7,786 nt of DNA from a virus (IMGVR_UViG_638341082_000011:1-7786), one strand, 5' to 3'; shown: positions 1-6,583, numbered from the stretch's first letter. Notes: generated by a model from the letters alone, not told the origin. Program-made: numbers and translations.

Positions 1-468
1 ATGCCAGATCAAAAAGAAAGTGAGAACACCAAACTCACTTGTGAAGAACAAAAGGATAATGAACTGGTTTCTCGAGTAATCGAAAATCCAGAGGTCTTAA
101 ACAGGGTTTTGGATAGTCCGCAGGTGCGGGCTATTGTTTGCCAGCATTTTCAGGGGCCTGTTCCGCCACCTTCAATGCTTAAAAAGTATGATCAACTGGT
201 GCCTGGGCTTGCAAATCGACTTGTTGAGTTGACCGAAAAAGAGCAGGCTCATCGCCATAAAACAGTGGCTGATAGCATTGATATTGCCAGAGATGGTCAA
301 ACAAAGGCTTTTTGGTTGGCAATATTGATCATCTTAGCTGCCACTGTCTTTGGCGTCATGGGGGAGACAGTTCTTGCCGGAACTCTCGTTTCAATAGATC
401 TTGTTGCATTGGTTACGGCATTTATTGTTGGAAAACATTATTCTAAGCAGGAACCTGATCAAGATTAG
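1..468 (+). CDS. DUF2335-like small membrane protein; probable host-flank gene, possibly 5'-truncated by the window edge
   Basis: ORF from ATG at 1 to TAG at 466-468. Soluble N-terminal part with PPPSMLKKYDQLVPG...EKEQAHRH segment, then two hydrophobic helices (AFWLAILIILAATVFGVMG and LAGTLVSIDLVALVTAFIVG). Convergent with int and followed by an intrinsic terminator. Family assignment is from memory of the DUF2335 pattern. Confidence 0.6.
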   Translation: MPDQKESENTKLTCEEQKDNELVSRVIENPEVLNRVLDSPQVRAIVCQHFQGPVPPPSMLKKYDQLVPGLANRLVELTEKEQAHRHKTVADSIDIARDGQTKAFWLAILIILAATVFGVMGETVLAGTLVSIDLVALVTAFIVGKHYSKQEPDQD

Positions 469-474
469 TCTCTG

Positions 475-499
475 AACCCCGGTTGATGCCGGGGTTTTT
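475..499 (+). terminator. Rho-independent terminator of the upstream plus-strand gene
   Basis: Perfect stem CCCCGG (477-482) / CCGGGG (489-494) with 6-nt loop TTGATG, followed by TTTTT (495-499). Lies 7 nt after the stop codon. Confidence 0.8.
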
Positions 500-544
500 A
501 CACTAGCAAAGCAATATCAACATTTTTCAGCTGTATTTATTTCG

Positions 545-1663
545 TCAAACAACCAATTTAACCCATTCCTGACCACGAGTATCGTTATAACGATCGGTGG
601 TTGCCTGGACTTTATGTCCCAGTAATGTTTTTGTATCAATACCCTGCGCGCGGTACAGTCGTTCTGACAGGGAGCGTTGTTCATGAAATGTTGGCGGAGT
701 TTTTCCTGCTGGTGGAGTTATCCCAGCCAGATCCCGTGCTTTGGCAAAGTAGTCGCTCAGGTTGTCTTTACTCATCGGCTTTGGTTGTTTCTGGTGCCGA
801 CTATGGATTAGATATGGACTTAATATTCTGTCTCGGCACCCATCAATAACTTCTTTTAACGTTATCCCAATGGCATCACAGCGTAGTGTAAGCGGTAACG
901 CCAGACGCATTCCGGTTTTCCCTTGGGTGATATGCAGGTGTTCGTTCCATACATCTGAAAAACGCATGTGGCAAATGTCATCTCGGCGCTGACCAGTAAC
1001 AATCGCAAGAAGCATTGCGTTACGGATAAAGTGTTTTTCAGGCGTTGCGTTGTAAATTTTTTGCCAGTCTTCCAGGGTGAGCCTGGCTCTGGTTACTTTA
1101 GGGATCGGTTTACGGGTAGCCTCCGGAGGATTCCATCCAGGAGGAACTTCCCCTGCATGCTGTGCTTCTTTATAAATATCAACCCATAATCCACGATTTA
1201 CTCTCGCTGTGCTGACCATGTCTTTATCCAGCCACTCATCCAGTATTAATGCAAAGTCTCTTACTTCCAGTTCTTTCAATGGATGGTTTCCCAGACGGGA
1301 AACCAGGTATGCAGCCATTCGGGCTTTTTCTTTGTGAGTTGTAGTTGCAATATCCCCATTTTTCAGTCGCGTGTCCTGTATTTTCAGATATCGATCAACC
1401 CATGCCTTTAATCTGATACCCCGACGTTTTGTTGCTGACGGACTTTCATCAATTTTGCGCATGAAATATTCAGCTTCTGCTGCAGCTATTCGCTGATTGG
1501 CTGTGGAAGCGATTTTTTCTGCTTTGCCTTTGTCTGTTCCGAGACCGTGAAATTTTCCAGTCACAGGGTTTTTATACTGGTAGTAAACCCTGCCAGTTCT
1601 GCGATCAAACTTTTCGTAAAGACCGGTTACGTCAGTGCTGTTTTTTCGTGGCCTCGGTGACAT
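545..1663 (-). CDS. int: Tyrosine site-specific integrase, lambda Int family
   Basis: 372-aa ORF with ATG at 1663 preceded by AAGGAG. C-terminal catalytic region aligns by eye to lambda Int (TGQR..D...M.FSD, QGKTG, PPTFHEQRSLSERLY, LLGHK, RGQEW). Start overlaps the 3' end of xis as in lambda. Confidence 0.95.
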   Translation of the reverse strand: MSPRPRKNSTDVTGLYEKFDRRTGRVYYQYKNPVTGKFHGLGTDKGKAEKIASTANQRIAAAEAEYFMRKIDESPSATKRRGIRLKAWVDRYLKIQDTRLKNGDIATTTHKEKARMAAYLVSRLGNHPLKELEVRDFALILDEWLDKDMVSTARVNRGLWVDIYKEAQHAGEVPPGWNPPEATRKPIPKVTRARLTLEDWQKIYNATPEKHFIRNAMLLAIVTGQRRDDICHMRFSDVWNEHLHITQGKTGMRLALPLTLRCDAIGITLKEVIDGCRDRILSPYLIHSRHQKQPKPMSKDNLSDYFAKARDLAGITPPAGKTPPTFHEQRSLSERLYRAQGIDTKTLLGHKVQATTDRYNDTRGQEWVKLVV

Positions 1664-1901
1664 GAGTTAAAATCTCCTTCAGTGCATCATCATCGCCAGT
1701 ATGAATTTCCGGCGCAATTCCCGTTTCACCAGGTCCAACAAATACTGCCCGGCGATCTATCAGCCAACGCCCACGAATTTTTTGTGGTCTTGGAACGATG
1801 TATCCTAGTTTTCCGTATTTCACCAGGGTAGTGTTTGTTATTGGGAGACTGAACCGTTTTGGTTTCCACTCATCGAGCGTTATCAGGTACTGTTCGCTCA
1901 T
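1632..1901 (-). CDS. xis: Excisionase (Xis-like, 89 aa)
   Basis: ATG at 1901 with GGAG 8 nt upstream; the GTG at 1910 used by the ORF track is less likely. N-terminus YLITLDEW resembles lambda Xis YLTLQEW. Overlaps the int start by 32 nt. Confidence 0.8.
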   Translation of the reverse strand: MSEQYLITLDEWKPKRFSLPITNTTLVKYGKLGYIVPRPQKIRGRWLIDRRAVFVGPGETGIAPEIHTGDDDALKEILTHVTEATKKQH

Positions 1902-1962
1902 GGCTATCACTCCGGAACGCGCCAGTTGCAGAATACCAACGACAACTGGCGACGGTTGAACA

Positions 1963-4434
1963 TTAAAAATCAGCCTGATTCGGAATCAGTTTTTGCCAGA
2001 TAGCTGAAACGTATTTTGCCTGGTAACGGGCGTCATCAAGTGCATTATGGCGCTCACCTTCGAATGGAATAGCCGTTCTGGCATCGAAGTCTATGGCTTT
2101 TCCCAGCTCAACGATTGTGCGTACATCGCGATCGTTGTAGTAACGCCACGGGCAGGGGATCCCCTGCCGTTCGTATGAACGGCGCAAAATCGTGTTGTCG
2201 AAGTTGGCTCCATTTCCCCAGACCTGAACAAAAAATTCACCGGAGTTTTCGTCGATAAATTCCCGCAATTGTAACAGTGCATCATCTAACGGGATTTCAT
2301 CGGTCATAATGGCAGATTGCGCTTCGCGTGATTGCTTAAGCCACCATTTAATGGTGTCCCGATCAATGACTCCGCCAGCAGTTTCCAGATCGATAGTCTT
2401 ACTAAATTCCGGTCCCATATCTCCGGTTTGCGGATCGAAAAATATTGCACCTATTGAGATAATCGGGGCATCAGGATTTTTTCCCATGGTTTCAAGGTCG
2501 ATCATTAGATGGTCACACGTCCTGCTGGCGGATGTGATTTCGTGATGACTGTTCACCTTAATTGAGTGATCTGCCGTCTCGCCAGTTTCATTATCGCTAT
2601 TGTGATGCTGATTGCCGCCAGTGTTCTTCTTGTTTGGATGTTCAGCGCCTTCCATTTCCTCCGGATCATCTTCCTGAACTTCAACCTGATACTCTTCATC
2701 GAATGTTTCCTGGTATGTTGCGTCGCCCATCACCGCGCCACAATCAGGGCAGTTGCCGCCGCCGGTCTGACCGCAGGCGGTGCAGATCTTTTCCGGTTCC
2801 TGTTGCACTACTGGTTCAGGTTGTTTCGTTTCTGGCTCGTTTTGTAACGCATTTGGGCTGTTTTGTTCCGCTTTCTGGCCGTTCTGTTCCGTTTCTTGCT
2901 GGTTCTGGTTCACAGTATCGCGGGTCTGGATCCCCTTAACCCATTTCGGATCATTCGGGTCGCTAATCCCTTCAATAAATTCACCACGTGATGCAGCAAG
3001 CAACTTATCGGCGTCAGGCTGGCTGATATTGGCTGCCTGCATAATTTTGTTTACTTCGTCAGCGGTAACTTTTACCGGTTCTGGCTGTGCGGTCGTGTCA
3101 GATGCACCAGTATTTTGTTGTGAACCTGAGTATGTACTGTTTTTGCGGGCGAAATATTCTTCTTTCGTGATTTCAGTAGCCCCGGCAGCCAGTGCCTTAT
3201 CCAGACCAGAAAGTTTGTTTGCGCGACCGTATTTTTCGCCATCCTTGTCGGTGAAGAGGAAGTAGAACGGCCCCTCACGCTCTACAGATGGTTCGACTTC
3301 CACTTTGCATTCGGTTTTTTCGTTGTCCGGGATTGCCGTTTCCACTGCATCAGTTTCTGGTACTGGCGACGAGAGAGTATCAGTTGCGATCTGATTTCTT
3401 CCTTCATCTTCAAACACGCCCTTTGTAGTCAGGTATTCAGTAATGTATTTGTTCAGTGCCACAGGGTCTTTGTGAATGTCGATCGGACGCTCGCGGACAA
3501 GGCCAAAAATAGTCTGGCGGTCGTAGCGAAGGGCATCAGGCTGTTTGCGCATTGATGCTGAGATACGCTTCCAGTCTTCGCGGTCGTTGTTGATAACTTC
3601 ATTTTTTGCCCAGCGATGGATGCTGCCGTCAATGTTTCCGGCATCAATGTCACCAGGCCACAGAGCGTAGGCCAGTTCATCATCCAGTGTTTTCCATGTC
3701 TGCTTATATTCGCGACGAATGACTGCAGTGACAGGGGGGATATTTTCTGCTGAGTTTTCAGTGTGCTGTCGGTTGACTCTGGCGCGGGCGAGATCAACAG
3801 CAGACGTGTATTTTCCGGTTTCCTTGCGTTCACCTTCGCGACGTTTTTTCCAGATGCGCATCTCTGCCTGAATTTCGGGCCATTTAGCTCCAGGCTTACA
3901 TTTATGCTTAACCCACCCGATGGCATGCAGCTTAAGTTCCGGATACATGGCGTTAACTTCTGGCATTTTCATCAACGCTTCAACGATATGTCCGTCGAAT
4001 GTTGCCATGTCTTCCTGCAACAGTTCCTGTGCACTAATCACCATATCAACGGTGATGTTTTCACATGTGTCGAACTTAACCATGACAGCGTTCTGCACTT
4101 CAGGGGCCAGCTTGTCAAAAGTGACGTTCATCGGATCTGATTCAGTCTCAACCGGGACAAAGGAAGCTGACTCCTCATCCCAGCGGTTTTCCTGCATATA
4201 TTCAGCATCCCAGGAATCGAGGGCAGGGCGGGGTATACCGGGTTTATCCTCGCAAACAAGAAATTTATAAGCGCAGTCCTGAGCAGCCGGATATTGCTCC
4301 AGGAATTGCCAGGTAAATTTGGCACGGGCGCGGCGTTCGTCGCCAGCTTCAATGGCAGTGGCTACAGCGACTGCACCTTCTTCCTTTATTGCCTGTTCGT
4401 CCGGAATAGCGGCGCAAATAAAGACTTTACTCAT
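1963..4434 (-). CDS. Large multidomain prophage protein (823 aa) with C-terminal DnaQ-like DEDDh 3'-5' exonuclease domain, central Cys4 zinc-ribbon motif and acidic/Q-rich linkers; N-terminal about 550 aa of unrecognised function
   Basis: ATG at 4434 with GAGG upstream, TAA at 1963-1965. Last about 183 aa (nt about 1966-2514) carry three exonuclease motifs: Exo I IDLETMG, Exo II GNGANFDNTIL, Exo III HNALDDARYQAKY. CTACGQTGGGNCPDCG (nt about 2734-2784) is a CxxC-x9-CxxC zinc ribbon. Segment KLLAASRGEFIEGISDPNDPKWVKGIQTRD resembles, from memory only, the central part of RecE/exodeoxyribonuclease VIII-annotated prophage proteins. Sits where K-12 Qin has the ydfE pseudogene. Confidence 0.85.
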   Translation of the reverse strand: MSKVFICAAIPDEQAIKEEGAVAVATAIEAGDERRARAKFTWQFLEQYPAAQDCAYKFLVCEDKPGIPRPALDSWDAEYMQENRWDEESASFVPVETESDPMNVTFDKLAPEVQNAVMVKFDTCENITVDMVISAQELLQEDMATFDGHIVEALMKMPEVNAMYPELKLHAIGWVKHKCKPGAKWPEIQAEMRIWKKRREGERKETGKYTSAVDLARARVNRQHTENSAENIPPVTAVIRREYKQTWKTLDDELAYALWPGDIDAGNIDGSIHRWAKNEVINNDREDWKRISASMRKQPDALRYDRQTIFGLVRERPIDIHKDPVALNKYITEYLTTKGVFEDEGRNQIATDTLSSPVPETDAVETAIPDNEKTECKVEVEPSVEREGPFYFLFTDKDGEKYGRANKLSGLDKALAAGATEITKEEYFARKNSTYSGSQQNTGASDTTAQPEPVKVTADEVNKIMQAANISQPDADKLLAASRGEFIEGISDPNDPKWVKGIQTRDTVNQNQQETEQNGQKAEQNSPNALQNEPETKQPEPVVQQEPEKICTACGQTGGGNCPDCGAVMGDATYQETFDEEYQVEVQEDDPEEMEGAEHPNKKNTGGNQHHNSDNETGETADHSIKVNSHHEITSASRTCDHLMIDLETMGKNPDAPIISIGAIFFDPQTGDMGPEFSKTIDLETAGGVIDRDTIKWWLKQSREAQSAIMTDEIPLDDALLQLREFIDENSGEFFVQVWGNGANFDNTILRRSYERQGIPCPWRYYNDRDVRTIVELGKAIDFDARTAIPFEGERHNALDDARYQAKYVSAIWQKLIPNQADF

Positions 4435-4514
4435 GTTGTTTTAACCTCATTACAGATTTAAGGGTGAACAAATCCCTGCCATTGCTGGCATATAAAAATG
4501 AAACCGGATATTAA

Positions 4515-4718
4515 TTACGGTGCTGTTTTAAGTCCTGCCGGGATTTCGTTATTATCCATGTGAATAACTTTATCGACCGGATAACAGTTACCGGGAATTT
4601 TCTGTTCCACTGCGGCAACCATGCATTCTTTCATTGAGCCGTATACGCCAGTAACCATGTCAACCGGTTCACCGGAAACAAGAAAAACCGTCAGAACAAG
4701 TGCAAATGTAGTATTCAT
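4515..4718 (-). CDS. ydfD: YdfD-like DUF1482 small protein with N-terminal hydrophobic segment (67 aa); Qin YdfD is reported as a lysis protein
   Basis: ATG at 4718 with AGGA 8 nt upstream. Start overlaps the dicB-like stop in an ATGA junction (4715-4718). Translation MNTTFALVLTVFLVSGEP...QKIPGNCYPVDKVIH...IPAGL matches my recollection of Qin YdfD. Synteny dicB then ydfD is as in K-12. Confidence 0.8.
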   Translation of the reverse strand: MNTTFALVLTVFLVSGEPVDMVTGVYGSMKECMVAAVEQKIPGNCYPVDKVIHMDNNEIPAGLKTAP

Positions 4719-4903
4719 TGCCAGCATCCTTTTTGCATCAGGCGTAAACGGGCCAGCATTGAAACAATGCATATTTTATCCAATAGCTCCCGTTCTTGTT
4801 TCCTCTTGTTAATGGCATCTTCAGTAAATACTGGGTTACTGATAGTGACACCAATTTCAAAACAACCTTCAGACGTATTAACGTTTGGTAATAACGTTTT
4901 CAT
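4715..4903 (-). CDS. dicB: DicB-like cell division inhibitor (62 aa)
   Basis: ATG at 4903 with GAGGG 7 nt upstream; the longer GTG-initiated frame from 5008 has no RBS. Translation MKTLLPNVNTSEGCFEIGVTISNPVFTEDAINKRKQERELL.KICIVSMLARLRLM.KGC.Q is near-identical to E. coli K-12 DicB as I recall it. Sits downstream of a DicF-like element. Confidence 0.85.
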   Translation of the reverse strand: MKTLLPNVNTSEGCFEIGVTISNPVFTEDAINKRKQERELLDKICIVSMLARLRLMQKGCWQ

Positions 4904-5072
4904 TATCGCACCCTCAACAATGAATTTTGTGATGCGGCGCCTGGTGCCTCCAGGTGACGTTAACCAGTTAACAATTAACGCCGGATACAGAGAACCCATC
5001 CATAACACTGTTTTTGGTTTTAACTGTTCCGCGTGCGCTCAGCCGCATTCACCGCATCACAAAATTCACTTT

Positions 5073-5130
5073 AAAAAGGGCAGCAGAGCAGTCACGGAGT
5101 AAAACTGATACCACCAAACGTCACCAGAAA
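5073..5130 (-). ncRNA. dicF: DicF-like small regulatory RNA with 3' intrinsic terminator
   Basis: Minus strand reads TTTCTGGTGACGTTTGGTGGTATCAGTTTTACTCCGTGACTGCTCTGCTGCCCTTTTT. This matches the recalled K-12 DicF except GGCGG->GGTGG and CCGCC->CTGCC, both keeping the stem as G-U wobble pairs. Inner stem CAGU/ACUG present, T-run at 5073-5077. Lies about 170 nt upstream of dicB. Ends are approximate. Confidence 0.7.
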
Positions 5131-5465
5131 ATTGATAACAGAGGGCGTTGCAGCGGGGTTGTCACTTAAGCGTATGGTCAACCTGGCAACCCGGTGTCTC
5201 AATGGGGGAGGAATAACCCCGCCATACTTACCGCCGCGCCATTTCGCGGAGTGCCACAACCGGAAGCGCACGGTCGAATTAAATTTAACGACACCGTACA
5301 GTGAGACGAACTTCGCCGTGCGCTTTCGCGTTATGCCCTGGCTTTTCAGGGATATATCCTTTCAGTAAACTGTCAGTACCGGATTCTTATCCGTGTCCGG
5401 CGCACGACCACACGTGGCAGCGTGTTGGTCTCCATTTTTAACCCAGAACCTCAATGGAGGATAAA

Positions 5466-5675
5466 ATGCCAAACAAAAAAAGAAATCCGCTTATTGAAAA
5501 ACAGATTGAATGCCTGGTAAATCAACTCAGGCAATCAGGGTTATTAAAAACTCATTCAGAGTTGAGGCTCACAGAATCAGCATTCGATGATAAATTAAAT
5601 AATGTCCTTTATAATGGCATTATTGATTTTAATCGTTCAGTTGGTCGCCTCGGCCCTGCTGGTGTTTCCTTATAA
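5466..5675 (+). CDS. Hypothetical 69-aa protein, AT-rich, convergent with and abutting the 216-aa gene
   Basis: ATG at 5466 preceded by GGAGG (5456-5460) with 5-nt spacer; the upstream in-frame ATG at 5454 lies inside the RBS. Translation MPNKKRNPLIEKQIECLVNQLRQSGLL... has no recognised family. Visibly more AT-rich than its surroundings. Stop TAA (5673-5675) directly abuts the minus-strand stop (5676-5678). May not be a real gene. Confidence 0.4.
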   Translation: MPNKKRNPLIEKQIECLVNQLRQSGLLKTHSELRLTESAFDDKLNNVLYNGIIDFNRSVGRLGPAGVSL

Positions 5676-6326
5676 TTACCAGTCAATCCAGAGCGGACCG
5701 TGTTCAGCGTAAATATAACTGTACACATCCAGATTATATTTGTGGTCTGTTAAGAACAGGCCGCAAATACATGCCGAAGCTTCCAGGGCAGCGGCTCTGT
5801 TACTGAATAACCATGTGGCAACATTCCAGCGTTTTTCTGCATCCCAGTCTTTCTCAAGGCCTGATACCATGAAGAAACCGTTAGTGTTGCCATCAAATAA
5901 TTCTGTTTCCAGATTTTTAAGCAATGCCTGATGGACTCTTGCCAGGTATTCCGCCGGAATTTCGCCACGAATTCTGATGAGATTGTCATAAACAAACATG
6001 TTCCCCGCATATGGCGATTTTTCTTTCTTGTTTTTTAAACCAGCATCATGAGCAAACTGATCAATTTCTTCTTCCGTTGGTTTCGTATTGATGTTTTGCG
6101 CTGTCGTTTCTGCAATTTTATTTGCCACACTATCTGAGTCGTGTTTATTTACAGACGCACAGAAATACAATCCGGTAAACGCATCGCGCACATTACGAGC
6201 CATATTATCAGTGTCTTTTTTCGTTACCGATTCCAATGCAAGTTCGTTCAGACGATGACGAAGTGTGTGTGCTGCAATCTCCTGGATTGAAGTAGGTAAA
6301 TCTTTAAATTCCATCGTCAACCTCAT
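5676..6326 (-). CDS. Hypothetical protein (216 aa, or 212 aa from the internal start), function unknown; cargo gene in the early-left operon
   Basis: Long intact ORF. ATG at 6326 overlaps the ydfA-like stop by 1 nt (TGATG); an alternative ATG at 6314 (MEFKD...) has GAGG 6 nt upstream. No recognisable catalytic or family motif by inspection. Occupies the position held by ydfB/ydfC in K-12 Qin. Confidence 0.75.
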   Translation of the reverse strand: MRLTMEFKDLPTSIQEIAAHTLRHRLNELALESVTKKDTDNMARNVRDAFTGLYFCASVNKHDSDSVANKIAETTAQNINTKPTEEEIDQFAHDAGLKNKKEKSPYAGNMFVYDNLIRIRGEIPAEYLARVHQALLKNLETELFDGNTNGFFMVSGLEKDWDAEKRWNVATWLFSNRAAALEASACICGLFLTDHKYNLDVYSYIYAEHGPLWIDW

Positions 6327-6478
6327 CAGTCAGAGTTTCTTGCTAACCAGCGATGCGCGCCAGCTTCGGTTTTAAACGTTTTGCTTTTGGTATACGTCAT
6401 CGCGGTGAACGTGCCGTCCTGGTTGGGAAACACGCCGTACACCAGAGATTCGTTGTTACCAAGATCGATAGTATCCAT
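6326..6478 (-). CDS. ydfA: YdfA-like small protein (50 aa)
   Basis: ATG at 6478 with GAGG 5 nt upstream. The 85-aa frame in the ORF track starts at a TTG (6583) that is the -35 of the proposed promoter. Size and position right after the dicA-like repressor match K-12 YdfA (51 aa); the sequence match is from memory. Confidence 0.6.
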   Translation of the reverse strand: MDTIDLGNNESLVYGVFPNQDGTFTAMTYTKSKTFKTEAGAHRWLARNSD

Positions 6479-6554
6479 GTTGACCTCATTTCCCCTTAAC
6501 GCCGGGTAGCGGAACTGTTTGCTGAGAACACCGTGCGGTGTCTTGATGGGTGGT

Positions 6555-6583
6555 AATTTAGTTTTCTCATGACTGTTGGTCAA
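6555..6583 (-). promoter_or_regulatory. Candidate leftward early promoter (pL-like) for the ydfA/dicB operon
   Basis: On the minus strand: -35 TTGACC (6583->6578), 17-bp spacer, -10 TAAATT (6560->6555). An operator copy overlaps the spacer and -10. Predicted by eye only. Confidence 0.45.

Noticed and set aside
601-1189. Three plus-strand ORFs (82, 76 and 73 aa) inside the integrase gene
   Set aside because: Antisense to an integrase frame with strong family conservation, and without plausible starts or RBS.
2091-4352. Ten ORFs of 64-161 aa on both strands inside the 823-aa gene
   Set aside because: All are nested within or antisense to the long continuous frame, which has clear exonuclease motifs. 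Several have low-complexity translations typical of the antisense of a repetitive linker.
1963-4434. Calling the 823-aa protein RecE (exodeoxyribonuclease VIII)
   Set aside because: RecE has a C-terminal PD-(D/E)xK nuclease, whereas this protein ends in a DEDDh DnaQ-like exonuclease, and no recT-like gene is adjacent. Only a central segment resembles RecE-annotated proteins, and that is from memory.
4621-4812. Plus-strand 63-aa ORF
   Set aside because: Antisense to the ydfD-like and dicB-like genes; no start context.
4904-5008. Longer 97-aa form of the dicB-like ORF starting at GTG 5008 or ATG 4999
   Set aside because: No RBS before either upstream start. The ATG at 4903 has GAGGG at ideal spacing and gives exactly the 62-aa DicB length.
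4767-5102. Plus-strand 111-aa ORF
   Set aside because: Fully antisense to the well-supported dicB-like gene and DicF region, with no RBS and no recognisable protein features.
5132-5368. Plus-strand 78-aa ORF
   Set aside because: Starts at TTG with no RBS; the internal ATG also lacks an RBS. The arginine/proline-rich translation looks like a chance frame in GC-rich noncoding DNA.
5379-5400. CCGGA/TCCGG hairpin as a terminator
   Set aside because: Short stem with a 12-nt loop and no following T-tract on either strand.
5740-6010. Short ORFs on both strands inside the 216-aa gene (5740-5931 plus, 5750-6010 minus)
   Set aside because: Nested in or antisense to the longer intact frame, which has coupled start context.
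6479-6583. N-terminal extension of the ydfA-like ORF to 85 aa, starting at TTG 6583
   Set aside because: The start is TTG with no RBS and coincides with the -35 hexamer of the proposed leftward promoter. The internal ATG at 6478 has a GAGG RBS and gives a 50-aa protein matching YdfA in size.
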